The translations under genes and the position numbers were made by a program. Positions 47,269-57,170 of a stretch of DNA of 64,000 bases are shown one piece after another (position 1 is the first letter of the stretch; the number at the start of each line of letters is the position of its first letter). The notes beneath the pieces are model-generated. The model was not told the origin of the DNA, did not search any database, and saw nothing but the letters and a program-made list of their open reading frames with translations. The stretch comes from an uncultured Actinomycetales bacterium. Its GTDB lineage: Bacteria > Actinomycetota > Actinomycetes > S36-B12. Location of the stretch: assembly GCA_913063435.1 (NCBI GenBank), contig CAJXYI010000005.1:4878-68877 (forward strand). Reading direction: 5' to 3'.

Positions 47269-48756
47269 ATGTACACCATCGACCACTGGATTTCCGGCGC
47301 CCGCGTGCGGTCAACCTCGGGACGGATGGGACCGGTCTTCCAACCGGCGACCGGTGAACAGCAGGGGCAGGTCGGCCTCGCGTCGGTCGAGGAGATCGAT
47401 GCCGCTGTTTCGGCAGCCAGCGAGGCTTTCGCCTCCTGGCGGTCATCGTCACTGTCGTCGCGTGCGGACATTCTGTTCCGCTTCCGCCAGATCGTGGATT
47501 CCCGCCGCGACGAGATCGTTCAGTTGATCTCATCCGAACACGGCAAGGTGCCCTCCGACGCCGCCGGTGAATTGGCCCGGGGTATCGAGAACATCGAATT
47601 CGCCTGCGGCATTCCACAGATGCTGAAGGGCTCGTATTCCGAGCAGGTGTCCGGTGGGGTGGATGTGTATTCGCTGCGACAGCCACTCGGTGTGGTCGCG
47701 GGCATCACGCCGTTCAACTTCCCGGCGATGGTGCCGATGTGGATGTTCGCTAATGCGATAGCCTGCGGCAACACCTTCGTCCTCAAGCCCAGCGAGAAGG
47801 ATCCCTCGACGTCGATGCTCATTGCGGAGATGTTCGCCGAGGCTGGTTTGCCTGAGGGCGTATTCAACGTCGTGCATGGCGACAAAGTCGCCGTCGACCG
47901 GATTCTGGAGCATCCGGGGATCAGCGCGGTGAGCTTCGTCGGGTCGACCCCCATCGCGCGCTACATCTATTCCACCGGAACGGCGAACGGCAAGCGGGTG
48001 CAGGCGCTCGGTGGGGCGAAGAACCACATGGTCGTGCTGCCCGATGCCGACATCGATATGGCTGCCGACGCCGCGGTCAGCGCCGGATACGGCTCAGCGG
48101 GTGAACGGTGCATGGCGATCTCCGTTGTCGTCGCCGTCGGTGATGTGGCCGATCCGCTCGTCGAGGCGATCAAGGCGCGGCTACCTCAGGTGAAGGTCGG
48201 TCCGGGCACCGATCCCGAAGCGATGATGGGCCCACTGATCACCGGTGAGCATCGCGACAAAGTCGCCAGCTATCTCGAGGGTGCGCCCAACGAGGGTGCA
48301 CGAGTGATCGTCGATGGGCGCGATGCCGACCTACCGGATAAGGGGTTCTTCCTCGGGGTCTCGCTCGTGGATGAGGTCAAGCCGGGCATGCGCGTCTATG
48401 ACGATGAGATCTTCGGCCCGGTGCTGTCGGTGGTGCGGGTGGACACCTATGAGGATGCTGTGCGGTTGATCAACGACCACCCCTATGGCAACGGGACCGC
48501 GATCTTCACTCGCGATGGTGGTGCGGCTCGGGCGTTCCAGTTCGACATCCAGGTCGGCATGGTGGGAATCAATGTGCCGATCCCCGTCCCGGTGTCGTAC
48601 TACTCCTTCGGTGGCTGGAAGGCCTCGCTGTTCGGGGACGCCAATATGTATGGCCCGGCCGGAGTCGACTTCTACACCCGCACCAAGACGGTGACCTCAC
48701 GCTGGCCGGACCCGGCCACCTCGAAGGTCGACCTCGGATTCCCGCAGACGAAGTAG
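47269..48756 (+). CDS. mmsA: CoA-acylating methylmalonate-semialdehyde dehydrogenase
   Basis: ITPFNFPAMVPMWMFANAIACGNTFVLKPSEKDP with catalytic Cys in GERCMA. 495 aa. Confidence 0.9.
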   Translation: MYTIDHWISGARVRSTSGRMGPVFQPATGEQQGQVGLASVEEIDAAVSAASEAFASWRSSSLSSRADILFRFRQIVDSRRDEIVQLISSEHGKVPSDAAGELARGIENIEFACGIPQMLKGSYSEQVSGGVDVYSLRQPLGVVAGITPFNFPAMVPMWMFANAIACGNTFVLKPSEKDPSTSMLIAEMFAEAGLPEGVFNVVHGDKVAVDRILEHPGISAVSFVGSTPIARYIYSTGTANGKRVQALGGAKNHMVVLPDADIDMAADAAVSAGYGSAGERCMAISVVVAVGDVADPLVEAIKARLPQVKVGPGTDPEAMMGPLITGEHRDKVASYLEGAPNEGARVIVDGRDADLPDKGFFLGVSLVDEVKPGMRVYDDEIFGPVLSVVRVDTYEDAVRLINDHPYGNGTAIFTRDGGAARAFQFDIQVGMVGINVPIPVPVSYYSFGGWKASLFGDANMYGPAGVDFYTRTKTVTSRWPDPATSKVDLGFPQTK

Positions 48757-48825
48757 TCACGATCGCAGCCTTTTTCGCAGCGGCAGCGGTCGACATGATC
48801 GCCGCTTCCGTGTGATGCTCTGACC

Positions 48826-49257
48826 GTGGTGACTGCAGGGTCGAGGTCGGCGGTGGTAGCGGCGGTCGCCGTGGCGCTGATCTGTGCGGGCCTGGTCCTG
48901 GCATTGGGAGTGGCGTCGTTGTCGACGCAGGAGTCCGAAGCCGTGGATGATCTGCCGACTGTCGCCGAGGTGATCGTGGCCACTGCCCACCAGCATGGGA
49001 TCGAACTTCCCGAACTCACCTCGGAGCAACGGGAGGCGCTCGCCGCTGAACCCGTAGCCGCGACCGATGCCAGCGCCTATGAGCAACTCTCCAGCCAACT
49101 GTTCGGCGTGGCCAGTGTCGACGGCCTCGAGCAGGCGGTGTTCCTGCTCGGCGAGGTGGCCGCCGTCAGTCCGGAGGCGGAGCAGCTATGCCCACGGTTA
49201 TACGACGAGCTGGTGTCGACGGTGTCAGGCGCAACCGTCCCCGCTACTCCCTGCTGA
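48826..49257 (+). CDS. hypothetical membrane-anchored protein
   Basis: 143-aa ORF with an N-terminal TM helix (AVVAAVAVALICAGLVLALGVA). No other motif. Confidence 0.4.
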   Translation: MVTAGSRSAVVAAVAVALICAGLVLALGVASLSTQESEAVDDLPTVAEVIVATAHQHGIELPELTSEQREALAAEPVAATDASAYEQLSSQLFGVASVDGLEQAVFLLGEVAAVSPEAEQLCPRLYDELVSTVSGATVPATPC

Positions 49258-49351
49258 GACCTGGCGTCACCGGGTCGCCGGGTGGCATCAGCATCGGTAG
49301 GGTCGGGTGGAGTCGGACCGCACGGGTCCGCTGACTGCTCGGGAGGACCCT

Positions 49352-49843
49352 GTGACCATCACTGTCGGAGACCGCATTCCTGATGTCCCCGTCCGCATCA
49401 CCGTCGATGGTGCGCCGTCGCCGACGACGACCGCGGAACTGCTGGGCAGTGGCCGGGTCGTGCTGTTCGCGGTTCCGGGTGCGTTCACCCCGACCTGTTC
49501 GCGCCAGCACCTGCCGTCCTATGTCGACTCGGCGGCGGAATTGTCGGCGGCCGGCGTTGACCGGATCGCCTGCATCGCGGTGAACGATCCGTTCGTGATG
49601 GAGGCGTGGGCGGCATCGCAGGGTGTGGGAGAGGAGATCACGATGGTCTCCGATGGCAACGGTGAGTTCGCCGAGGCGATCGGAATGGCCGTTGATGCCA
49701 GCGGTGCCGGTCTCGGCACTCGGTCCAAGCGCTACGCGATGGTGATCGAGGACGGCGTCGTCACGACCTTCCTGCCTGAGGACGACGGCTTCTCGGCCGT
49801 GGCGAGCTTGGGTAGCTGCGTCGTGGATGCCTTGAAGGCCTGA
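49352..49843 (+). CDS. peroxiredoxin (Prx5-like)
   Basis: VLFAVPGAFTPTCS.QHLPSY. The GTG at 49352 is preceded by GGGAGGA at 5 nt. The ORF-track start at 49307 is probably too early. Confidence 0.85.
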   Translation: MTITVGDRIPDVPVRITVDGAPSPTTTAELLGSGRVVLFAVPGAFTPTCSRQHLPSYVDSAAELSAAGVDRIACIAVNDPFVMEAWAASQGVGEEITMVSDGNGEFAEAIGMAVDASGAGLGTRSKRYAMVIEDGVVTTFLPEDDGFSAVASLGSCVVDALKA

Positions 49844-49906
49844 TCTCGTCGCGTCCCATCTTCCCGCCCTCGGCTGCCGGCCAGACGCCAGCTCGGTCGG
49901 GTTCTA

Positions 49907-50011
49907 CAAACGCTCGCCAAAGGGTCGCTGAGACGCCAAACGCCGGCCAGAAGGTCGCCGTCCAGCCAGCGTTTGTGCTGACAGCGGCCGTTTAGCCGGC
50001 GTCTGTCCCGG
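49907..50011. repeat. REP-like interspersed repeat, copy C (105 bp; left direct repeat)
   Basis: In my hand alignment 92 of 105 positions are identical to 51133-51237, in the same orientation. Confidence 0.85.
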
Positions 50012-50081
50012 CGATGCGCAGGTCACGATGGTGGGAATCCATGGCTGTCTGTGGATGGCGTCTGCATGATGGCGCCGCACT

Positions 50082-51146
50082 GTGCCACGGTGTGCGGCTA
50101 TGGCCCCACCTGACACCGGTGCTGCGATCTCCACGCTGGGATCCGGTCATCCTGTGCGAGTCCGTGATGCTCTCGACGCCGGTATCACTCGATCGGCGAT
50201 TCGTGCGGCCCTCGCCTCGGGATCTGTCATTCGAGTCCGATATGGCTGCCTGCTCAGTGCCCGCGACCATGCCGCGCACTCCCGAGATCAGATGTTCGAC
50301 CGGATCCATGCTGCAGTCTCACGGCTAGGTGAGGATGTGATCGTCAGCCATAGCAGTGCTGCCCTCCTGCATGGGCTGCCACTTCCTCATCGGACTGCGC
50401 CCGATCAGGTTCATCTCCTCTCGCTGGCGACGCACCGTCGTCGATACCCGGGTGTGAAGATCCAGGCGGCGTACGGTCTCGGCGAATCCGACATCGTCAT
50501 CATCGATGGATTGCGGACAACATCCCTCATGCGTACCGCAGTCGATGTTGCTCGACGATCGACCCTGCCCGAAGCGCTGATACCCCTCGATGCTGCTGTG
50601 AGACGTCTGGTCATCGAGCATCCTGATCAGCAGCCCTGGCTGCCTGACCATGACCGTGTCGAAGTACCCCGCATCGTCGCGGAAGTCCGGGCGTCCCTTG
50701 CCGAATGGGGTGATCGCCTCGCCACCTGCATCGGAGTGCGCGAACTACGTCGGGCGATCGAGCATGTCTCACCGCTGGCGGAATCACCATTGGAATCGGG
50801 CTCACGTGGAGTCTTCATCGACGGAGGTCTGGTGCCCCTGGCACTTCAGTATCGGTTCGTCGATGCTTCCCGAACGCAGCGGCGTGCGGACTTCCTGCTC
50901 GAGGAGGGGCTGATCGGCGAGGCTGATGGGTTGCTGAAATATGAGGGGATCGATGGTGCGAAACGTCTGCGGGAGGAGAAACTGCGAGATCTTGTCTGCG
51001 CCGAGGTCGGCCTGCGCACCCTTCGATGGAGTGCATCCGATGTGTGGGTGCGGCCCCAGCAGTTACTTCGCTGGATTCGACGTGAAATGGCGGCACTCCC
51101 GGAGTCGATATCCCGCTCCCGGCCGCCCGTCGCAGACGCCGGCTAA
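50082..51146 (+). CDS. AbiEi-antitoxin-like N-terminal domain / DUF559-like C-terminal domain protein
   Basis: The N-terminus (VRVRDALDAGITRSAIRAALASGSVIRVRYGCLL) resembles AbiEi_4-type wHTH proteins. The C-terminus (RRADFLLEEGLIGEADGLLKY) resembles the Vsr/DUF559 endonuclease-like fold. Start uncertain (GTG 50082 or ATG 50100). Confidence 0.5.
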   Translation: MPRCAAMAPPDTGAAISTLGSGHPVRVRDALDAGITRSAIRAALASGSVIRVRYGCLLSARDHAAHSRDQMFDRIHAAVSRLGEDVIVSHSSAALLHGLPLPHRTAPDQVHLLSLATHRRRYPGVKIQAAYGLGESDIVIIDGLRTTSLMRTAVDVARRSTLPEALIPLDAAVRRLVIEHPDQQPWLPDHDRVEVPRIVAEVRASLAEWGDRLATCIGVRELRRAIEHVSPLAESPLESGSRGVFIDGGLVPLALQYRFVDASRTQRRADFLLEEGLIGEADGLLKYEGIDGAKRLREEKLRDLVCAEVGLRTLRWSASDVWVRPQQLLRWIRREMAALPESISRSRPPVADAG

Positions 51147-51237
51147 AAGGTCGCTGAGACGCCAAACGCCGGCCAGAACGCCGCCGTTTAGCCAGCGTTT
51201 GTGCTGACAGCGGCCTATCAGCCGGCGTCTGTGCCGG
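51133..51237. repeat. REP-like interspersed repeat, copy D (105 bp; right direct repeat)
   Basis: See copy C. It begins inside the last 5 codons of the 50082-51146 ORF and ends 11 nt before the helD stop. Confidence 0.85.
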
Positions 51238-51248
51238 ACCGGTGAGGG

Positions 51249-53525
51249 TCAGATCTGTTGCGGCGCTGCGGCTGAGTCTTGGTCGAGCCATTCCGGTGTG
51301 CTCGAGGCGATGACCAGTCGTCGAGTCGCCCGTGTCAGAGCGACGTACAGATCCCGGCCGGGTTGGGCACTGGAATCGACGATGCGCTCGGGCTCGACGA
51401 CGACCACGACATCGAATTCCAGACCTTTGGCATCCGCGATGGTCAGCACACTGACCGGCGAATCGAGTCGGTCTGCACCGTGGCCGACCGTGCCCGCGGG
51501 CGTGGCGTCGGTGAGTGCACCGGTGATCTGGTCCACCGATTCCGGCGCACATAGCACGGCGAGTCGACCCAGATCCGGATCTGCGAGTTCGCTGTGAACG
51601 AGATCGACGATCTCTGTTGTCGCTGGGGCATCGGTCGACAGTGGGATCCACCGGGGCGGTTCGCCCTCGCGAATCGAGGTCACCTCCGCCGGCACCCGAC
51701 CGAAATCACGCAGCACCTGCTGCGCCAACTCCATGAACGGTCGAGGGGTGCGGTAGTTGATACTCAGACGCTCCACCCGCCAACGCCTCTCACCCTTGGC
51801 ACGCGGCTTAGCGAGCTGATTGAGGATGTCGGCCCACTCCGCGGGTGCGGCGGCGCTGGCTGCCTGATCGAGATCACCGACCACGGTCATCGACAGTGAG
51901 GGGCAGCGACGAGCGAGCAGACGCCACATCATCGGCGATAGTTCCTGGGCTTCGTCGACGACGACGTGACCGAATACCCATTCACGATCGGTCGATGCAC
52001 GTTCGGCGACGGTCATCGAACTGGCCTGTTCGGCGTATCGCTCGATGAGTTGGTCGGCGGATACACCCCGGGTGCCGGTCATCTCGAGTACCGCCTGTGC
52101 GTATTCAGCCTCGTGGGCACGCTCAGCGTTCGCCCGTGCCTCCGCGCGACGTTCGGCTTCGTCATCCGCACCCAGGCATTCCGCGGCCTCGTCGAGCAGG
52201 GGCACATCGGCGGGGGTCCAGGGGTGGCCGACCGGTCGCAGCAGCAGTGCACGTTCGGCCTCGCTCAACGATGATGCGGCCTCGTGAAGTCGACGTTCAT
52301 CGGTCAGCAGTTCAGTGATCACCTGCTCCGGTGACAGGGGCATCCACGCCAGGTTGACCTCACGGCGCACGTCTGGGCTGTCGCGCAGATCACTGATGAG
52401 TTCTGCACGTCGGGTGTCGATGTCCAACCCCCGGGCCGCGGCGAGTTCCTCCGCCAGCAGGTCGAGCATTGCCAGCGCATAGGAGCGTCGGGCGATGTTA
52501 TGCGGGCGGCGACTGGCGCGACCGCGTTCGACGGCCGCGGTGAACATCTTCGGCGTCGCCATGATGGGTGTGCCACCCACGTTGAGTTTCACGGGTCGAG
52601 ATGGGATGCGCTGGCGGGCTTTGACTGCTCGAGACACGACGTCAGCCATTCGCAGGCTGCCTTTGACAGCCGCCACCTCATCGGATTCGCTGCCGTGCGC
52701 ATCGAGTCCTGGATAGAGCTGGCCGGGAGTGGCGAGGACGGCCGCGGTTTCGCCAAGTGCGGGCAGCACCTGCTCGATGTAATGCAAGAAGATCGGATTC
52801 GGCCCGACGACGAGCACTCCGCTGCGCGCGAGTCGATCCCGATGGGTGTAGAGCAGATAGGCCGCACGGTGCAAAGCAACGACGGTCTTGCCGCAGCCGG
52901 GCCCACCTTCGACAACGAGGATGCCCTGCATCGGGGCGCGCACGATCGCATCCTGCTCGGCCTGGAGCGTCGAGACGATGTCGTGCATCCGCCCGGTGCG
53001 TTTGCGGGCCAGTGCTGCCATGAGTACCCCACCGCCTTGCACGTCCTCCTCCGCGATGGCACCGTCGTCGAGCGCGTCGAGGTTGAGCACATCGTCTTCG
53101 AGCGCTGTGACGTCACGACCTTCGGTCATGATGTGTCGGCGACGAACGACATCGCGTGAGTCGGCGCTTGTCGCCTGATAGAACGCCTCCGCGGCGGGAG
53201 CGCGCCAGTCGGTGAGCAACTGCTGCTGATCATCGTCAGTCAACCCGATACGACCGATATATCGAGACGTGCCATCGGTCAGGTCGAGTCGACCGAAGCA
53301 CAGCCGGCGTTCGGCAGCGGTCAGGGAACCTAGGCGCTCGGTGTACAGGCGCACGAAGGCTTCCTGCTCGGTCTGTGCGCCCGGGGTGCCGGCGGTCTGG
53401 CCGTGTCGGGCGCGGCGCAGGTCATGTTCGGTGCGCTCCCGCAACACGTCGAGTCGGTCATACAGCCGGTGCACCGCCTGACGTTCCTGAGCGATCTCGC
53501 GCTCGCGGGACGTCGTCATCGCCAC
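51249..53525 (-). CDS. HelD-like (UvrD/SF1 family) helicase, actinobacterial class
   Basis: 758 aa with an N-terminal coiled-coil-like segment. Walker A is VVEGGPGCGKTVVALHRAAYL. Also VVVDEAQELSP and the C-terminal KGLEFDVVVVV / RDLYVALTRA. Confidence 0.75.
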   Translation of the reverse strand: MAMTTSREREIAQERQAVHRLYDRLDVLRERTEHDLRRARHGQTAGTPGAQTEQEAFVRLYTERLGSLTAAERRLCFGRLDLTDGTSRYIGRIGLTDDDQQQLLTDWRAPAAEAFYQATSADSRDVVRRRHIMTEGRDVTALEDDVLNLDALDDGAIAEEDVQGGGVLMAALARKRTGRMHDIVSTLQAEQDAIVRAPMQGILVVEGGPGCGKTVVALHRAAYLLYTHRDRLARSGVLVVGPNPIFLHYIEQVLPALGETAAVLATPGQLYPGLDAHGSESDEVAAVKGSLRMADVVSRAVKARQRIPSRPVKLNVGGTPIMATPKMFTAAVERGRASRRPHNIARRSYALAMLDLLAEELAAARGLDIDTRRAELISDLRDSPDVRREVNLAWMPLSPEQVITELLTDERRLHEAASSLSEAERALLLRPVGHPWTPADVPLLDEAAECLGADDEAERRAEARANAERAHEAEYAQAVLEMTGTRGVSADQLIERYAEQASSMTVAERASTDREWVFGHVVVDEAQELSPMMWRLLARRCPSLSMTVVGDLDQAASAAAPAEWADILNQLAKPRAKGERRWRVERLSINYRTPRPFMELAQQVLRDFGRVPAEVTSIREGEPPRWIPLSTDAPATTEIVDLVHSELADPDLGRLAVLCAPESVDQITGALTDATPAGTVGHGADRLDSPVSVLTIADAKGLEFDVVVVVEPERIVDSSAQPGRDLYVALTRATRRLVIASSTPEWLDQDSAAAPQQI

Positions 53526-53813
53526 AGATCCGGATCGTGGAGGAAGGCTCGCACCAGATCACGGGCAGCCTGGACGACCGGGTCATCACCTGCGAGATCC
53601 ATACCCTCGATGAGATGGCGAAACTCCTGCGCCTGGGCGACCTGGGCGGGGGCGCCAGCATCGATCACCTGCTGCAGGCCCTCGGCCAGATCCACGTGTC
53701 GCCCTCCCGCACCGGTTTGCATGGCGAAGAACGATCATGCCGCATCGCCCCACACCTGGCGCGTCGGAGGTCAGGTGGGCAGTGCTCCGTGGGGGATGCG
53801 GTTGGTCGAGGCG

Positions 53814-54854
53814 TCAGGGCAGGGCGGCGGATTGGGCCTGCCAGTCGGCCCAGTCGATGTTCCACGACGCACCGGGGCCTTGATCCCAGGCGACATCTCG
53901 CCCGGTGCCGAACGTGATCACCGGGTCGCCTTCGTAGGCGTTCTCATAGAACCAGCGCGCGTCTTCCATGGTGAGGTTCGTGCAGCCGTGGGAGGTCGCT
54001 GCAACTCCGAGATTGTGCAGGTTCCACGGTGCGGCGTGGATGAACTCGCCGTTAGGTGTGATCCGTAATGAATAGGGGACCTGCACGTCATAGGGCTCGC
54101 GCGGGCCGGGGTTGACCATCCGCTTGACGTAGTACCGCTCCATGATCGTTTTGATTCCCGATGCGGTTTCCCAGGTCGGTTTGCCCAACGACACCGGAAC
54201 CTCGCGAATGAGTTTGCCGTTGCGATACAGGGTGCCCATCTGAGTTCCGTAACGGATGCTGAGGATCTGCTCGCGACCGATCGTGATCGTTCGGCTGGGG
54301 TCGAAAGTGGCGAGTCCGTCCTCAACCCAACTCGATGCCAGTTCCACGTTCGTGTGCGCTGGCCAGAATGATTCAGGGCGATAGATCATGGTGTAGTCAT
54401 CCGGCCACGACCACGTACCCAACCCGATCGGCTTGCTCGTGGTGACGACAGCGGTGCGTTCGAGCACGGGACGGACGTCTTGGGGAACCGGTGCGGTGAA
54501 CATGATCCGAATCACGACACCAACGCCGAACTTCTCGTCGGTGACGCGCGGATAGACGCTGGCGATGTCGACAGCCGTTGCTCCCGCGGGAAGCGTGTCA
54601 TCGCGGGGGGTGGATGGAACCGGTGCTGCCGTGGGCTCGGGTAGCGGGGCCGCCTCCACCGTCGGCTCCGGTTCCGGCGCAGGTGCGGTAGACAGCAGAT
54701 CGGCGCGCAGCGGGGTGACCTGACCGAGTGCGGCACCGCCACCGAGAGCGAGTGCACCTGCGGCCACGATGCCGGTCCACACTGCCGCAGTTCGTGCGAT
54801 CGCACGCCATGTCTCACCGCGCCCCCGTGGGCGGGCATGCTGCCCCGAACTCAT
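53814..54854 (-). CDS. L,D-transpeptidase (YkuD domain)
   Basis: The active site is FIHAAPWN...ATSHGCTNL. There is an N-terminal membrane anchor and a Pro/Ala-rich linker. Confidence 0.85.
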   Translation of the reverse strand: MSSGQHARPRGRGETWRAIARTAAVWTGIVAAGALALGGGAALGQVTPLRADLLSTAPAPEPEPTVEAAPLPEPTAAPVPSTPRDDTLPAGATAVDIASVYPRVTDEKFGVGVVIRIMFTAPVPQDVRPVLERTAVVTTSKPIGLGTWSWPDDYTMIYRPESFWPAHTNVELASSWVEDGLATFDPSRTITIGREQILSIRYGTQMGTLYRNGKLIREVPVSLGKPTWETASGIKTIMERYYVKRMVNPGPREPYDVQVPYSLRITPNGEFIHAAPWNLHNLGVAATSHGCTNLTMEDARWFYENAYEGDPVITFGTGRDVAWDQGPGASWNIDWADWQAQSAALP

Positions 54855-54984
54855 GGGCTACATGAAAGTGCAGTGACGGGGGTAAACGCTAGTTACTGAT
54901 ACCCGAAATGTCCGATTAGACCGGTCATGAGTGACTCGCTACTGCAAATCGTGATCCGCCCGTGACCTTGACGGCCGTCCACGC

Positions 54985-56049
54985 CTAACTCCTCGGTCGA
55001 GCCAACCCCGTCCCCAGCTCGGTCGCCACATCGGTGATGAACGCGTCGATATCGGCCTCGGTGGTGTCCCATGAGCACATCAGGCGCACCTCCCCGGTGC
55101 GGTGGTCCCACACATAGAAGTGATGACGTTCTTGCAACCGCGCGGTGACGTCGGCGGGCAGGATCGCGAACACCGCGTTGGCCTGAACCGATTGCGTCAC
55201 CTGTACGCCATCAAGACCGGCGATACCGTCTCGAAGTCGCTGCGCCATGGCGTTGGCATGTGTGGCACTGTGCAACCACAGATCGTCTTCGAACAGTGCG
55301 ATCAACTGCGCACTGATGAAACGCATCTTGCTCGACAACTGCATGAACGTCTTGCGCACGAACGGCACAGCAGCGGCGATGGATGGTTCGAGCACCACAA
55401 CCGCTTCCGCAGCCATCGCACCGTTCTTCGTGCCGCCGAGGGACACCAGATCGACACCCGCGTCGGTGGTGAAAGCACGCAGCGGAACACCGAGGCTTGC
55501 GGCGGCATTGCTGATGCGTGCCCCATCGAGATGCACGAGCAAGCCGAGTTCATGCGCCCGAGTGCTGATCGCGCGAATCTCATCGGGGGTATACACGGTG
55601 CCGAGCTCGCTGGATTGCGTGATGCTGACCACGCGAGGCTGCGCACGGTGCACGACTCCGAACCCCCACGCCTGGGAGTCGAGCAACTCCGCTGTGAGTT
55701 TGCCATCGGGAGTGTCGATCGTGTGCAACTTGATGCCGGCAACTCGCTCGGGTGCGCCACCTTCATCGGCATCGATGTGCGCATTGCGGGCGCAGATGAC
55801 CGCCTCCCAGGGCCGACAGGCGCTCTGCAGTGCCACCACGTTGGCACCCGTGCCGTTGAACACCCCGAAGACCTGCGCATCACCCCCGAAGTGGCCACGG
55901 ACCACCTCGCCGAGTCGCGCGGTCACCACATCGTCGCCGTAGGCGGGTTGATGCCCGGGGTTCACCTCGGCCAGGGCCTGGAGGATCTGTGGATGTACTC
56001 CGGCGTAGTTGTCACTGGCGAATCCACGTCCGTTCATGCGCCCGCTCAT
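54985..56049 (-). CDS. threonine aldolase / beta-eliminating lyase family PLP enzyme
   Basis: GFASDNYAGVHPQILQAL and SLGGTKNGAM (PLP Lys). The ATG at 56049 was chosen and the upstream extension rejected. Confidence 0.8.
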   Translation of the reverse strand: MSGRMNGRGFASDNYAGVHPQILQALAEVNPGHQPAYGDDVVTARLGEVVRGHFGGDAQVFGVFNGTGANVVALQSACRPWEAVICARNAHIDADEGGAPERVAGIKLHTIDTPDGKLTAELLDSQAWGFGVVHRAQPRVVSITQSSELGTVYTPDEIRAISTRAHELGLLVHLDGARISNAAASLGVPLRAFTTDAGVDLVSLGGTKNGAMAAEAVVVLEPSIAAAVPFVRKTFMQLSSKMRFISAQLIALFEDDLWLHSATHANAMAQRLRDGIAGLDGVQVTQSVQANAVFAILPADVTARLQERHHFYVWDHRTGEVRLMCSWDTTEADIDAFITDVATELGTGLARPRS

Positions 56050-56201
56050 GTGGCGTAACGCTAGCCGCCTCCTCCGGTGAATGGCGGGCACCCGTCCGGT
56101 GACCGATGAGTGACGTAATCGCCACACTCAGCCCGAGCCCGACTCGGTATCACGGGAAATGCCTGTTTCGAGCACGCGGCTTCGCTAACGTCGCACCCGT
56201 G

Positions 56202-56351
56202 ATGTTCCTCATTTTCGTCCTGTGGGCGGTGACCTACGTCGGGATCTTCCTGCATAGGAAGTGGACGATCCCGATGGCCATCGTGTCGATTCTGTACACG
56301 CTGGCCATGCTGCGCTTCCACATGACCGATCCGATCCCGCTGAGCTTCTGA
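56202..56351 (+). CDS. small two-helix membrane protein (DsbB-associated)
   Basis: MFLIFVLWAVTYVGIFLHRKWTIPMAIVSILYTLAMLRFH, directly upstream of the DsbB-like gene. Start uncertain. Confidence 0.4.
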   Translation: MFLIFVLWAVTYVGIFLHRKWTIPMAIVSILYTLAMLRFHMTDPIPLSF

Positions 56352-56391
56352 TTCGACTGAGTGTCACGAAGGATATGAGGAGCACCCGACG

Positions 56392-57108
56392 ATGACGATG
56401 ACCATGAATGATCCCGCCACCGATCCGTCGACGATCCGCCTCGTGCAGGTGATGCGACTGATCAATCTCGTGGCACTCGTCGGCCTGCTGGGAGTGCTTG
56501 CCGGTTCGCTGTTCCTGCAGTTCGGTGTGGGTGAGCAGCCCTGCCCGCTGTGCCTGGTGCAACGGTCGGGAATGATCGGCCTCGCGGTCGGTCCGATCAT
56601 GAACCTCATGTGGGGTTTGCGACCTGCCCACTATGCGATCAGCATTCTCGCTGCACTCATGGGCAGCGCAGGTTCGGTGCGCCAGATCCTGCTGCACATC
56701 CAGCCGGACGACCCCGGATACGGACCGCCCGTGCTCGGACTCCACCTCTACACCTGGGCCTTGATCACCTTCGTCGTCGGAATCGCAGGAATCTCGGTCC
56801 TGCTGCTGTTCCCCCGCCAATTCGCGGCGAATGATCAGGGGATTTTGAAGACGCCCTACGGCCTGCCCTGGTGGATCCTCGGTGTCGCGATGGGTGTGGT
56901 CATCTGGGTCGTGCTCGACAGTCTGGTCATCGCCGCATCCGTGCCCTTCGAGTGCGGCCTCGGACCATGTCCCGATGATCCACCGGATATCGATGGCGCC
57001 GGAGTTATCGGTGGCGGCCTCTATCTGCTCGGACTCGCGGTCGTCGCGATGGTGATCGGATTCGCGGTGGTGGCTCGCCAGCGCCGCAAGGTCTCGTCGG
57101 ATAGCTGA
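56392..57108 (+). CDS. disulfide bond formation protein B (DsbB-like)
   Basis: Four TM helices. The first periplasmic loop carries EQPCPLCLVQR. There is a second Cys pair in FECGLGPC. Confidence 0.7.
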   Translation: MTMTMNDPATDPSTIRLVQVMRLINLVALVGLLGVLAGSLFLQFGVGEQPCPLCLVQRSGMIGLAVGPIMNLMWGLRPAHYAISILAALMGSAGSVRQILLHIQPDDPGYGPPVLGLHLYTWALITFVVGIAGISVLLLFPRQFAANDQGILKTPYGLPWWILGVAMGVVIWVVLDSLVIAASVPFECGLGPCPDDPPDIDGAGVIGGGLYLLGLAVVAMVIGFAVVARQRRKVSSDS

Positions 57109-57170
57109 TTCGTCGGGTATTCCCGACTCTGCGATTGACCGATCAGCACGCCTATTGCTGTGCTGTCGGA

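Noticed and set aside
50815-51651. 278-aa minus-strand ORF
   Set aside because: It spans the end of the AbiEi-like gene, REP copy D and the 3' end of helD. It is extremely Arg-rich and is a shadow ORF.
53403-54068. 221-aa plus-strand ORF
   Set aside because: It overlaps the helD start and the L,D-transpeptidase 3' end on the opposite strand. No motif.
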